Made by a program: the position numbers and the translations under genes. Below the pieces are notes generated by a model. That model had not been told where the DNA came from and searched no databases. It saw only the letters and a list, made by a program, of their open reading frames with translations. DNA of 62,526 nucleotides from contig NW_020846117.1 of the NCBI RefSeq assembly GCF_003704095.1, positions 1 to 62,526 of the forward strand. The letters are read 5' to 3'. Below are positions 1-13,300 of the stretch, in pieces (the stretch's first letter is position 1; each line of letters begins with the position of its first letter). The stretch is from Pocillopora damicornis. Taxonomy: Eukaryota.

Positions 1-769
1 GGCAAGTAGACTCACAAGCTTGGTAAGCGTGAATAGACACAAGCGTTCCAATAAAGTCTGTCATAAAAAAAGATGGTTTCGACCAAAAAGAGAGAAAGCA
101 CCTGCGTGCAAAAAGAGCGAGCGTGGGGGATGCATTCGGTCTGTGGTAGAAATGGGTTGGGTTGGGTTGTTTTCTCAGTTTTTCTCGAAATTCTGTGGCA
201 CCGTTGTTGGACAAGTTTCAAGGGACATTTTTTGATGTAACACTCCCTGGATTGTCCCCGTGTGTCACCCTTTTATTGATGTACTTGGTTTTGTTGCTTT
301 AGTACTCAGGAAGTTCTTCCAGTGAGGATAGTCATCCAATAGTTGACTATACTCCGCCATCTTACATCACCCTGCTGTTCACAGATCTTGGAGTTCTAAC
401 GCCTTCTGCTGTCAGTGATGAGCTGATTAAACTTTATTTATGACTAGAAAAACCTTCTTTAAACAAATGAACTTAGCCATGGAGAACAGTGAAAACACCT
501 AAAGGCCGCTTGTTGTCTGTACTGCAATCAGGTCCCTATGGACAAGTCGGAAACTATTACGGGATTTGCGTTGCCTAGCAATGCTATAGTCGAGTGAACC
601 ACATCGTGGGCTCAGTTTTGTGAGTTGCAGTACTCTAGTTGCTGCGGTTCATGGATTTCTTATCACTTATAAGTCACCAAGAAAATGGAAAAAATGACAT
701 GAGCGATGTTTCATAAATCAGCATGGATTATCCTCATAGGATTTGCCTTTGTATTATTTAATCCATCTG

Positions 770-918
770 ACCCTGGTGGCTCAAAAAGGGTGGAAAACGC
801 TATCCGCCGGATAAATCTCCATCCGGTGAATGGCATAGTACGTTTTGTTAACACTCCTCCGTTGCATAGCGATTTATCCGTTGGTTAACTGTATCTGCCC
901 AATGAAAATCTGGGCCCT
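770..918. mobile_element. Short degenerate MITE-like palindromic repeat
   Basis: Imperfect inverted symmetry (…aaacgctatccgccggataaatc… / …gatttatccgttggttaac…). No ORF of note. Confidence 0.45.
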
Positions 919-1059
919 GATTTCTCGCCCTCGTCTTTGGTTATGACAGTGTATGTTCTTTAGTTTAAGAGACGCAAGGACACTTTATTTTGAGCTGTAT
1001 GCTCATTTCTTTACCTACCTTTTTAAACATTTACATCATAACGGGTACAGATTAATGAG

Positions 1060-2420
1060 TTTTTAGGGACATCGTGCCAACCCTGATTCAAGAGTCCCAT
1101 TTTGCTCATCATCACAAAATTATTTTATTTTGTTTGCACACAATCGACAGCTAATCAAGCTTTCATATAAATTGGTTTAGGAGCTTTTGTCGACCTTGAG
1201 CCAACCCTAGTTCAACAGGTCTATTTAGAAATTGGTTGATGAGCATTTGGGGACCTCGAGCTAACCCTGTATTTGCTTATTAACAAAATTCTTCTGTTTA
1301 AATATTCAGCAGGGATCTTCTCGTTCCCAAAACAAGAGCAGTGACTCTGAAACTTGGTCGCAATCGACAGCTAATCGAGCTTTTTCTGATACACCATGAA
1401 CTGTCCGGGAAATCCTCATTTTGCCAGAGATATCGGCCCATGAATATTTAAACAAAAGAAATTGGCTGATGGACGTTTGGGGATCTTGAGGTAACCCTGT
1501 TTTAAAAATCTTTATTTGCTTATTAACATAACTCTTTTGTTTAAATATTTAGCATGGATTTTCTCGTTCCAAAAAGAAGCTGCGACTCTGAAACTTGCTC
1601 GCAATCGACAGCTAATCAAACCTTTTCTGATACACTATGAATTCTCCGGAAAATCCTCATTTTGCCAGAGATATCAGTCCATGAATATCTAAACAATAGA
1701 AATTGGTTAATTAGTTTTTGTGGACCTTAAGCAAACCCTTCTTCAACAGGTCTATTTTTACTCATTAACAAAATTCTTTTGTCTTAATATTCGGCGCGTA
1801 TTTTCTCGTTCCAAGAAAGAGCTGTGAATTTAGGACTTGCACGCAATAAACAGCTAATCAAGCTTTTTCTGATACACTATAAATTGTCCGGGAAATCTTC
1901 ATTTTACCATGGATATCAGTCCAGGAATATTTAAACAATGGAAATTGGTTAATTATTTTTTGTGGACCTTGAGCAAGCCCTTGTCTAACAGGTCTATTTT
2001 TGCTCATTAACAAAACTATTTTGTTTTAATATTCAGCGGGGTTTTTCTCGTTCCAAAAAAGAGCTTTAACTTTAAAACTTGCAAACAATCGACACGCAAT
2101 CAAGCTCTTTCGAACAAAATATGAATTTTTTGCGAAATCTTCATTTTGCCAGAGATACGAGCTCATGAATATTTAAACAATAGAAATTGGCAAATAAGCA
2201 TTTGGGGACCTCAAGTCAACCCTGGTTTAACAATTTATATTTGCTTATAAAACAAACCTTTTTTTTTTGTTTTAATATCCACTTGCAAACAATCGAAAGG
2301 TTAAAAAGTTATTTATAACGCACTATGAAAGGTTCGGGAAGTCCTCTTAACGGATGTGAAATAAACTCATGAACATTTAAGCGATAGACATTCGTTGATG
2401 ACTTTTAGGAGGCTTACGTC
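1060..2420. repeat. Tandem array, ~240-bp unit, 5-6 diverging copies
   Basis: The motif caatcgacagctaatcaagc (with variants) recurs at ~1141, 1361, 1602, 1844, 2086 and 2290. Shared blocks such as ttctcgttccaa, cattttgccagagata and aaattggt recur in each unit. Confidence 0.9.
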
Positions 2421-3101
2421 CATACCCAAGTACTTGCAGTCGAGTTTGTTCTAAATTATTTTGTTTCGACAGACAGAGGTGCTCTTTAAAGCCCACACAG
2501 GATTTTTATTTTTGATTCTTTTACACAATAGGGAATTAAGTATTCTGCTCTTCTGGAAATGTCTCGTCGTCTTAATTATACAAAAGACATTTCTGTTGAA
2601 AACAAATAAAATTGATCCCTAATAAAATTTATACCCTACAACATCCAAGATAAAAGTGAAATATCTTCCACATTAATAGTAGTTGAGCTAACGATGGGGG
2701 TGTATAATTTCACGGTATAGTCAAAATTAATAATTTTAAAACAATTTAAACGCTTAATTTGAAAAACAAGATATAATTAAAATATAATTACAAATAAAAA
2801 GAGATATAAAATTGAGAGATTCAAAATTACAGGTAAGAAAAAATTTGAAGAATTTTAGCAAAACACAATATCAAAACAATTACTTGTGTAATTGTGCCAA
2901 CTACTTCATACTGTATCTAACCGTATATCTTTGGCTTGATGCGTTGTGCGAACTATAGAAAGTGTATAATAAATAACCTCATATAAACCTTATAACAACA
3001 AAATGAAGGCTAAAAAAAGGATGTTTTTAGCTCCATTACATAATTTCAAGTCTGATGATCTATGTAATTTGTTGAATTCAAGCAGTGCGATTGATACATC
3101 T

Positions 3102-3540
3102 ATTACATCCATTTTGAAATCACTGATGATGATCTTAGCAATCTGACTGGCTCTCGTTGGTGCTTTTATTCAAGAATCGCACCATATTTTACTCTACATC
3201 GCGTCTTTTTACAACAACCTATCAGATTTCAAGGCTTATTTAAAGAGACCAGTTATATTCGAGGAAAATGAAAGAAAACTTTTGCAACTTTTTACTAACC
3301 ATTTCAGTATTGAATCAATAAATCATTTCTACGCACTAAAAAATCCATATTTGAGCGAATGAATTTTGCAATTTCAGAATGTATACAATAAAGTGTAAAA
3401 TGAACTTACTGTAGTGCAATTTTGGTCTGAAATCATTGTTGTGATTTCAAATCAAACTTGCGCTGCGTGCTCGTCTAATTTTATATAACTCTATGATTAC
3501 AGACCAAATTCCACCCCACCCAATTAAGTTACCATTATAG
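3102..3540. mobile_element. Interspersed repeat, same family as the MITE at 22913-23184
   Basis: Begins ttacatccattttgaaatcactg…atctgactggctct…gaatcgcaccat, matching the sequence from 22914 onward. Confidence 0.65.
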
Positions 3541-3792
3541 ATCGCACTTAACTAAACACGATAACCAATGACCATAGTAACCCATTCCAAGCTCTGGATT
3601 GTTAACAATGGCATGCGAACAAAGTAAGAGAGCCTGTCTCTCCCCAGCCTCCGCACTTGCATGCCGACAACCGCTGAAGGCCTGGAAAAGGTTACCTTGA
3701 ATTACAAAACACTGTACAATTGTTTTACCTTTGTCATCATGTTCCTTCTTTAAAATTAAATATGATTCAAATCAAACATTGACTATGTTCTG

Positions 3793-6205
3793 TCAAGTAA
3801 TCAATGGAGCATTGTCCACGGTATCATCATCATCACCGTCACTGTCCTCCCCAACTTGAACCCCCTCGTTGGAAACAACACGCACATGTGCAGCGCCTGG
3901 AGACCTGAGTCTAAACAGAAAAACGTTACTTAAAATTCATTCACTTTTTCTTGCTGTTTTCACTTGATTCTCACTGAATCACACGCCACACTCAGTATGA
4001 GGCTTTAACTCCCATGAGTGACCACCACTGAATTTCTCCCTACAATATCCATACAATTTATAGCAAACAGGTGATGAGAATAGAGAGAAATATCAATTAA
4101 GGATTAACAGTTGATCCAGTCACAAATTCTCAGAACTAAAATCATAAGAACTGTACAGTAGTCAGTAAGGAGAATTGCTAATAAGATCTTGGGAGTGAAA
4201 GTGTTAAGGGACCAGTCAATATTTATCATCGGGAGGGGGGGCGATGAGGTCAGAGGATTATGGCTATGTCACAATAAAATCTACCTGATCCCCCACTGAC
4301 GCTCTGTGTTATCCTAGTGATCCCCCGTTATTGGTAGTTACCTATTGATCCCCCCTTTGTCCTCGCTGAGAACCATGTGATCCCCCCGGAAAAATCCTCA
4401 GACTACCCCTCCCCCCATTGCCAAACCGGTGTCTCACCTTGAAAATGAAAATGGAATATTAACACGTCTCTCCATCCATATAAACCCATAATATTCATTT
4501 TGTCGATTTGTTTCGTCCAACGTCTGACACATGTTTGAGTTGAGAGTCTCTGGAAGCCAAAGTATCACTAGGCCAGCGGTTAAAGCTAATGCTCCAAAGA
4601 CAACCATCGGAAAAATAACACTGAGTCCGGGTAACTGCGACTGCGAGATGGAAAAAAATTACACGTTTAAAATACACTTTGATGCAAATGACTTAAAATT
4701 CAATCATCTACAGATTCATGGTAGGAACGTGGTGAGTCCGTTTTTTCGATCCAGCCTTCATTCTCTGGACTTTGTCAGTGTATCATTGTAATTTTTACCA
4801 TTGATATTCAGCTCCCCAACGTGGTCCATAAGCACATATTACTTACCAGCATAACAATATAGGAGGCCAAAATAAAACCAAGGCGAGCAATAGTTGAACA
4901 AGTCCCAACAGCAAGGTTCCTATTGAGAGTAATTCACACAGGAAAGATATGCCGGATGCTATTTTGATATTTAAAACAGCGGACAGGGCAGGGAACAAGG
5001 TAGAACATAAATCTTAACCAACTTAATCAAGCAACAGAATGCACATTGCTGAAACAAAAAGAAACAATGTGTTGTGCATAACTACCGAACATTTAAACAC
5101 AAACACATACATAACGTTAATTACTTGTGCAAAAATGAGAAAGGAGAAAGGAGCGAATGCAAACTGCTAACGTGACAATCAAGAAAATATCAGGGTGAGA
5201 GTAAGAATAGATCCATTTGCGCTAATGCACCAACCTAACTAAACACAAACACACAGAAACAACTGCAATGAAGAGAGCAACATAACATAGCTTCCATGAA
5301 CCAAATAAACTGAATTGGATTTCACTCGATCACTAAGCATCTCATCAGAATAAGAGAATCAGTCTTTTTTTGTCTCACCTAATGGAAGTAGGGTACAGTT
5401 CACTGCTATACAGATATAAGATTGAAAATGACATCGTAACAAAGCCGCGTCCAATAAAAGCGAGAATTCTGATGAATCGTTCTTCGTCTGTAAAAATTTA
5501 ATTATTACAAAATGATAAATTTCTACTGAAACTCACATCACTTTCATTCCTCAATATCTTTAACTTCACCCCCTGTAACCGTCTCCGAGACGAAATCTTA
5601 CTCCTCCCCAATCCCCTCTCTGACATAACCCCTCTCACACCATAAAATCACCATATGATGTATCATTCGTCCCAACCATTAGATGTGTATCAAGGCAGGG
5701 TCGAAAGCGTACAATATTTCTTACATATAGAAGTAAAGAAAGTTAACCCTTTCACCCCTAACAGTGATTTACAGCTAATTTCTCCTTACAGAATCACTAC
5801 TGAATCACATATTAAGGTCATGAGAATAAAAGAAATCATCGCCTTTAGAAGCCTTTGATTGTTAAATAAATTCTCCTTGTCAGTGTGATAGGAAATGTGT
5901 AGAGAACAGTATGAAGAATACACGCACTGATGTTGAGGTGTTAACTAAGATGGATACTTCATTACACAATTAACTACTCTGTTAACTACTATGGAATAGT
6001 CACGTGACGCGAAATGGCTTTAACCAATAACAAAGCTACTTCAAAAGTAGCAAGTAAAAAGAGGTCGAGAATGCTATGACGTTGCGAACTGGAAATCAAA
6101 TTCAGTCAATAAGTTAGAAGCATACCTTTAGGAACAATAAGAACAAGAAGACACGCAACTCCACCGATGATCATGAAGACACAAAAAGGCACACGACGGC
6201 CAAAT
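3793..6205 (-). CDS. SLC22-family (organic cation/anion, MFS) transporter, paralogue A; 3' exons only
   Basis: Exons 6205-6126 (FGRRVPFC…), 5487-5379 (…YSSELYPTSIR), 4919-4847 (NLAVGTCSTIAR), 4640-4438 (…WLPETL…) and 3910-3793 (stop TGA). All are GT-AG and in frame, with intron positions matching paralogue C. The 5' exons are not present. Confidence 0.9.
4003..4207. mobile_element. ~200-bp MITE-like family with ttaaccct(t)…(a)agggttaa termini
   Basis: Shared core atttctcc(c/t)tacaatatc…gtgatgagaata…aaattctc…gatcttgggagtgaaa. Related copies at ~5743-5945, 37123-37330, 52690-52890, 52890-53090, 56015-56220, 58272-58480 and 62220-62318. Confidence 0.75.
5743..5945. mobile_element. MITE-like element (ttaaccct family)
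   Basis: Runs ttaaccctttcacccct…tgttgaggtgttaa. Closely similar to 52890-53090. Confidence 0.7.
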
Positions 6206-6729
6206 CTGAAAAAAAAGGTAAAGTTATTGGAAAGAAAAACGAGTAAAATAAGGCGATTTCGAGATATAAACACATGATAAAAACACATGAATCTACTGAA
6301 CAAAGCATACGGCAACACAGAGCGCAACTGAGGTAACAATCAGACTGAACACAACTATGCTGAGAATGGGCGGGATACTACTAATAATCAAACAGAATAA
6401 TGAAAAACCAAAACAGTTGCGTACTAGAAACTTAACAATTAAACAAAACACATAAAAAAAAATGCGTGGGAGACATTAGCGCGAAAAAAAAACAGAAATC
6501 ATAGCGCGAGTCGAAACAGAACACAGGAAAAACAGTGCGCGGGACGCAGAAGTAACAAGTAATCAAACAGAGCAGAGAGAATACGAACGTAGCAAACAAT
6601 CAAAGAGATCACAGGAAGAACAGTGGGCGNNNNNNNNNNNNNNNNNNNNNNNNNNNNNNNNNNNNNNNNNNNNNNNNNNNNNNNNNNNNNNNNNNNNNNN
6701 NNNNNNNNNNNNNNNNNNNNNNNNNNNNN

Positions 6730-6860
6730 AATACCCATTTATTCCCCTGGGTTAAGAGAGACACTGTGATAGAAAAAAAGGAACACAACACAACACATTG
6801 ACCTGGCCGCAACCCAGACCTCTCAACCCCAAGTCCAGTGTTCTTACCAATAGGCCACTA
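6730..6860 (-). mobile_element. tRNA-derived SINE fragment
   Basis: The reverse complement resembles the head and core of the SINE at 14090-14230 (…cacagtgtctctcttaacccagggg…aatgggta). Confidence 0.5.
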
Positions 6861-7171
6861 CATTATTATCCACAGGTCCCCCCTGGGGAGCTATCTAATT
6901 TTATTTGGCTTCCAGACAAGGGCCTTCAACGATACTAAATGACTGCCAAAATGCAAGTCAATATTTTCATTCTGAATTGTTTGTTCAAAATGGAAACTAC
7001 AGTAAACTGTAATACATGTTTTAAAGTGCAATGTTCACCACAGAGACTCTGATCTCAACAAGGCTAATGCCTGTTACTACTATACTAAGTTCTTCCATTT
7101 TTGGCCACTTAAGCTCTATAGCAATTTTCAGGTATTTTATATAATAAAATTAATTGCAAACTACACTGTAC

Positions 7172-9064
7172 CCAGATTTATCAGGAGCTGACTCTGTTAC
7201 ATAAACATTAAAGCGCTTCTTCTGTTCAGTAGCCACTTTCAAAATTTCCAGCACAACTCTGGATCGGGAGTGAGTAAGAATTGTCTGAAAAAATTTAAAG
7301 ACCATGCAATCACACACTTTGAATAAAATCACTGAAAAGAAAACCAACTTTACCGTTTGGAGCCTCAGTGAAGAGTGGAGACATTGAATCAGTAACTTGC
7401 TGACCTGGCTGAAAGTTATGCATCTCAGAAAAAATATGATAGATAGCAAAAAATAATCCAAATGTTGTTTTGTTATTGTCAACATAAATTAGTACAACAT
7501 GGTGCTTACTGCTCCATCTTTAATGAATGCATCACAAAGTTTGGCAATTCTATTCCTGGCTGAGGCAGCTCTTTTCAGGTACAGCTGACCTGGTTAGAAG
7601 AAAAAAAAATCAAACTAATCCACACTGTGGTAAATGATGCAAATGCATTGTTAAGTTAAAAAAAAAAAAAAAAAAAAACATTGAAGACCAGGGAAGGAAT
7701 ATCCCTTCTTATTTATGAGACATCACCTCTTTCAACCAGAACTCTTTTACATTCTTGAAAATCCTTATGAGGAAAAAAAAAGAGAACAAAATCACCTAAG
7801 TATAAGGACACTCTAAAAAGGGGAATTTTTTTTCCCATAAAACACAAGAAAGCAGGAGTTTTCAAAGTACAATATTGCAACATTCTCACCATTTTAAATT
7901 TATAACTATATGAAAAAAAGATGGTTTGAAAAAATATTGCATCCATAAATAGACCAGTTCATCACTTATCAAGGTTCCAGTTTTTTACTGTCGCCATAAC
8001 CCTTCCTTCCTACCCGGCAAACTGGCATTTTTTGTCAGATTTTCCTGACTATTTGTTTTTCCAAGCCCCCACTAAATTCTCCAATACAAATTCTGATGTA
8101 CCAACATTCACTCAATCATCCCGTCAGATCACCCCTCCTAGAAGACAGTGTCACTGACAAAGAAAAATCACCGACTGATTTAGGAGAAATCTCCAATCGC
8201 AGAACAAGCTGCCATTAAAATTAATGAAAATGTCTTGTATCAGGTAGATTTCTTTGAGAAACTGGGAAACAATAGCTGTAAACAAATAAAAGCAAAAGTG
8301 ATGCTTGTATTTCCTGGAAGGTGTCATTTTAAATTGTATGATTATCATAGTAAACAGTTGTCACTGTGATCATCAGACAGTAGCTCTTCAGTTTGCATGG
8401 GTTCCCATAGGTTCATGCAGATACCAGTGGCAACCATAACATATCATACATTCAACAAGGTGACACACACAGAATTTCAGTTTGAAAACAGGTGATAACT
8501 GTTTTAGTTTTTTCTTGCACTNNNNNNNNNNNNNNNNNNNNNNNNNNNNNNNNNNNNNNNNNNNNNNNNNNNNNNNNNNNNNNNNNNNNNNNNNNNNNNN
8601 NNNNNNNNNNNNNNNNNNNNNCCCAGCTGATTGCCATATCTCCTGAATATCATCCTCAGACCAATAACCTTATCTGATCGTACATGTACATCTTATATGT
8701 GCAAACGAACATATTGAAATTACGAAGAGAAATTGATAACTTCTGAGACAAAGAGGGATAAATAAAATTTCGGGGAAACCCTTCCTCGCATATTCCCACT
8801 CTCATTCCCTTCCTCAATTGAAGAGTCACAATTATTAAACAGCATGGTAAAATTGAAAAGTCTTACCCGAGTTTTGATTCATAACTTCTAACAGAGTTTG
8901 TATAGCAGCTACAGCCGTCGACATGCCTGGGTCGTCCACCATACATTTTTTGAAGAACGCTACAGCCTCTGTGATTTAAAACCAAATTGATGTTATGAAT
9001 TACAATCAAGTTAGAACTGTGGAAAATTTTATTCAGTAAGCTTGACTGTACCTTCGTTGTCCAT
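7172..9064 (-). CDS. EIF2B1: Translation initiation factor eIF-2B subunit alpha, 5' part
   Basis: Exons 9064-9052 (MDNE), 8968-8867 (…[17 protein letters not shown]…), 7763-7727 ([12 protein letters not shown]), 7589-7510 (…[16 protein letters not shown]) and 7284-7172 ([11 protein letters not shown]…[12 protein letters not shown]) match eIF2B-alpha. One internal exon (probably in gap 8522-8621) and the 3' half are missing. Confidence 0.92.
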
Positions 9065-10329
9065 CTTTCTCTTCGATACATGCTTCATGTATGCGATACA
9101 TAGTGCATTGCGAGTGTCTTTTCAAAAGTAGCGCCGCTGGTCAGTAGATAGCTCACTAATTAACAAATACATAGCAAAATGTTTTCATAAATACTTTATT
9201 TTAAAAACGATAATAGCGATAATAATAACAATAATATTATGAACAATAGTAATAATATTAATATTATTAATAATGGACGAAATTTTATGTGATTCGGCCC
9301 CTTTATTAAAGCTTTGGTTTGCTACTAGTGATACATCTTTCAGCTTTAGCAAAATCTCATACAAAGACCTTCCACGCCCAAGCATTTCTCTTTTCTCTTG
9401 CCGAGATTTAATTGTGTATCATGGCTAAAACCGCGGAAAAAATCAATAAATGTAAAGCGTTCTACGATATACATAGTGTGCATGGGAAAGAGTCCACGTG
9501 CTCTTCAATGCTGCATGTATCTGTCTATCTCTCAATAAAAATCTCGAAAATTGATAAAATTGCATCTAGATTTGGGTGTGGTTGAGATTTTCAGGGGCCC
9601 TGAGGCTTTACACATGGTCAATTTCAGAGATCATAAAATTAATGTCGTTCCAGAGGCCCTTTTCTAATTAGCCTAAGAAGATGGAATCAAACATTCTCAT
9701 GGCAGTTGCTTGCAGATGAGTGACTGTCTAGGGAGCTCGAAAATGCTCTTCACATGTTGATGATGAGATCTAACTAAGAGAAAAACGTCTCCGATTTAAA
9801 AAACATATCTATATCTATAAGACCTTACTAAATTTACTTGATAGCACCATATATGTGTTTCTATGTAGCTGACGGCATGCATTTTGCTATGGTCGGTGAA
9901 AAAGAAATCGAAAATTTTCGTACCTAATGTAGATCAGATTTATTTCTGAAGTTGAGGCGCATTTGATCGTTTTTAATCCCACCAAACGCATTGAATTATT
10001 ATATACCATAGTGGTCGAGAAAAACTCCTTGCAAATGATGCAGTTTTCTAATATCTGCTTTGTGTTTCGTACCAAGATTTAATAAGCCACAAGTTACATA
10101 AAATTATCACTTTGCCGATAACAACATCATTGTTCTCCTTTATCAAAGACTAAAAGCCGATACATTAAAAAGCTAGAATAGAGGATATGAATGAGATACA
10201 CTACAGCTCGATAATCAGCTGAATTTCCTGTCAAATCCCGATTATCAGCAGATATATTAGCTGAATGTCAGCAGTAAATCTAACTCCCATTCATCTACTG
10301 CCTCAGGCACTCACTAACTATGTGATGAT

Positions 10330-13300
10330 CTAAACAACCGTGTCGTATTTCTCCTTATAAGGCGGTGTTTCTGTCGTAATTGAGCTGTCATTTTCGTCTC
10401 CTTCTTTCTCGTCCATCAAAACAATGTTTCCATCTTCCATCCTTAAGCTATGATGCTTACAGCAGTATATCTTGTAGTCCTCTTTCCAGGCCTCCACTTG
10501 TTCCACCGTCTGAGCCATGGGACAGTAACGTGTCTCTGGCAGCCAAAGAGCCATCACGCCCGCGATAACTCCAAAAACACCAAATATGACCAACGGAAGA
10601 GTCTTGCTCATGTTCGGAAGATCCGCCTGATTAAAGACAAACAAATTAATCAATTCGGAGTATAATCGATATTCCTTCGTTCTCTCGGCAGTTTGTGCGT
10701 CATTTATGGTGCGTTGGTTCGACCTTTATTTCGCATTCGTTCGTCAGTTCTTTCGCACTTTTTATTCGTTCGATTATTTTTTTCGCCGTACAGCGAGAGT
10801 CTGTCACTAAGAAATGAATAAAGCATCAAAGAAAAGTTATTGTTATGAAGTTCTTAACTTATTGGCTACATTACGCTGTTATACCCAAGGATTAGTTCCA
10901 ACACAAATATATTACACACAAAACGCTGCGAATTCGTCTGTTGGTAGGTAATTGGTAACTACCATTGACAATGGAATACAAATACGAACCAGTAACACGA
11001 TGTAAGGTGTTAAAATGCTGCCAACGCGAGCCATCATTGAACACACTCCAATGCCAGTGTTCCTGCAATGGAGAAAAATGATTATTATTAAAAATCTTCC
11101 TTTTACCTCTCCCTAACATTTGTTTGGTTTTTTGCACAAAGATAAGTTTGTAAAATCGAATTTCTGTTTGCACCATCATCGCCACTCATACCAACCTGAT
11201 AATTGTGGGATAGAGTTCCACAGTGTAAATATAAATTCCAAGGAAAGTCGCCAAGATGCAAGCTTTACCAATAACAGCTAAGATTGTAATAACAACTTTA
11301 TACTCTGGAGAGAAAAAATATCGATTTAAGATACGATTCCAGACAACCATATAAAAAACATTTTCCAGTCATTTTTGATCCGTTCATTAAGAGCCAAAAA
11401 TAAAGCTACTCCCCCCTCATGAGATGGTAGCTCACTGCAACTTCTCTCTCCCAGCCCCCTTTCGAGATATTATTTGAGCTCCGCCAGGCAAATCGCCAGT
11501 GCTGTTTTATACTTTAGGGCAGAGAGGGAGACTATCAGTATTAAATCTGAATCCCTAAATCCCGAGTCCAGCGTGCAGCCTAAACCCTTCAGGTCACTGG
11601 GTAGGTCATGTAAGCTTTCATAAAACATCCCATCGTTCACTCCGCATAAATGCAACATATAGTTTTGTAACAATATGAGTAGTTTCTGTTTGAAATCAGC
11701 ACCACTTGAAAACTTAACTTACCATCACCAGATGGAACGGCCAGCACCAACATTTCTGCAGCGCCTCCAATGATCATGAACGAGGCGTAAGGAATACGCC
11801 GGCCAAATCTTAAAAGGATGAAGAATGTCACAGATATTCAATTATTGTAAATGGTTTGCCAATTGTTGATCACTACAAAGCATCTGACTAAGATCTACTA
11901 ACTCGGCTTCCAATAATGAGGAAATCAGCCAGAAGTTTTACTAGTACCGTATTTCAAAAGTGATTGTAACGAAAACTCAGAAACTGCTCTTACTGGTTTG
12001 TTAACAAGGGGATTACCGTGCATAGAAAAACCACAGTGCTAATGCTCCAGGAATTTCCACGATGCAGAGGAAAAAAAAGTTCAGGTACATGTTTCCCGCC
12101 AGATTCCCGACATTCAAACTGATCCCAAAGTAAACTAAAGCATTCACAAACCTAAAAGAAAAAGATTGTCACAGAAGTTGTGAGGACACTTTCGTTATTG
12201 TGCCCAAACCGTTATATAAAATATGTGACTTGTATATCATAGAGAGTCTCATGAGAGCGATCAAAGAATTCCCCATCCCTTTTCTTCAGGAGTGTTGTGC
12301 TTCTCTGTGATTCTTATCCAGGGAGGGAAGTGCTAGTGTCTAAAGGCTTTAAATTGTATTCAGTTTCAACTGCTACGTCGTAAAAGTCTCAAGCGATTTT
12401 TTTTTCAAGANNNNNNNNNNNNNNNNNNNNNNNNNNNNNNNNNNNNNNNNNNNNNNNNNNNNNNNNNNNNNNNNNNNNNNNNNNNNNNNNNNNNNNNNNN
12501 NNNNNNNNNNNNNNNNNNNNNNNNNNNNNNNNNNNNNNNNNNNNNNNNNNNNNNNNNNNNNNNNNNNNNNNNNNNNNNNNNNNNNNNNNNNNNNNNNNNN
12601 NNNNNNNNNNNNNNNNNNNNNNNNNNNNNNNNNNNNNNNNNNNNNNNNNNNNNNNNNNNNNNNNNNNNNNNNNNNNNNNNNNNNNNNNNNNNNNNNNNNN
12701 NNNNNNNNNNNNNNNNNNNNNNNNNNNNNNNNNNNNNNNNNNNNNNNNNNNNNNNNNNNNNNNNNNNNNNNNNNNNNNNNNNNNNNNNNNNNNNNNNNNN
12801 NNNNNNNNNNNNNNNNNNNNNNNNNNNNNNNNNNNNNNNNNNNNNNNNNNNNNNNNNNNNNNNNNNNNNNNNNNNNNNNNNNNAATAACTGACCCTTAAG
12901 CTGTCTCAGCTCGTGAAATGCAAGGCAATATATCTCATTGCAATTATCAACATCGTGCAAACGAAACTCACCAATTAAATCCACAGATTATGGTTCTCTT
13001 CCTCAGCTTTGGTGTTCTAACCATGTCCAGGATTCCGTAGGTCTTCTTGCTCTCACTCCTGTTTCTTTCTTCTTCCTTCTTAAATTCTTGTATGACATGT
13101 TTGAGTTGGGTGGATTCAACAGTGACACGATTCCTCTTGGCATACTTCATGAGCAGCTCGTGAGCCTCGTCAAGGCGATCTTTGGCAATTAACCACCGGG
13201 GAGACTCTGGGATCATCCTCCGAACAAAATTGACGAAACAGATTTAATAACTAGATTATCAGCTCGAGATTTCTATCGCGTGATTGTAGATGAGTGTGTG

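Noticed and set aside
1060-2420. Possible CRISPR-like array
   Set aside because: Whole ~240-bp units are homologous, there are no unique spacers or cas genes, and the context is eukaryotic.
5310-5355. Minus-strand ctgatga…gaaa hammerhead-like core
   Set aside because: Stem II is not adjacent to GAAA and there is no convincing stem I or III.
8171-8275. Exon-like segment with compatible phases inside EIF2B1
   Set aside because: The translation ([12 protein letters not shown]…) does not resemble the expected eIF2B-alpha segment. The true exon is more likely in gap 8522-8621.
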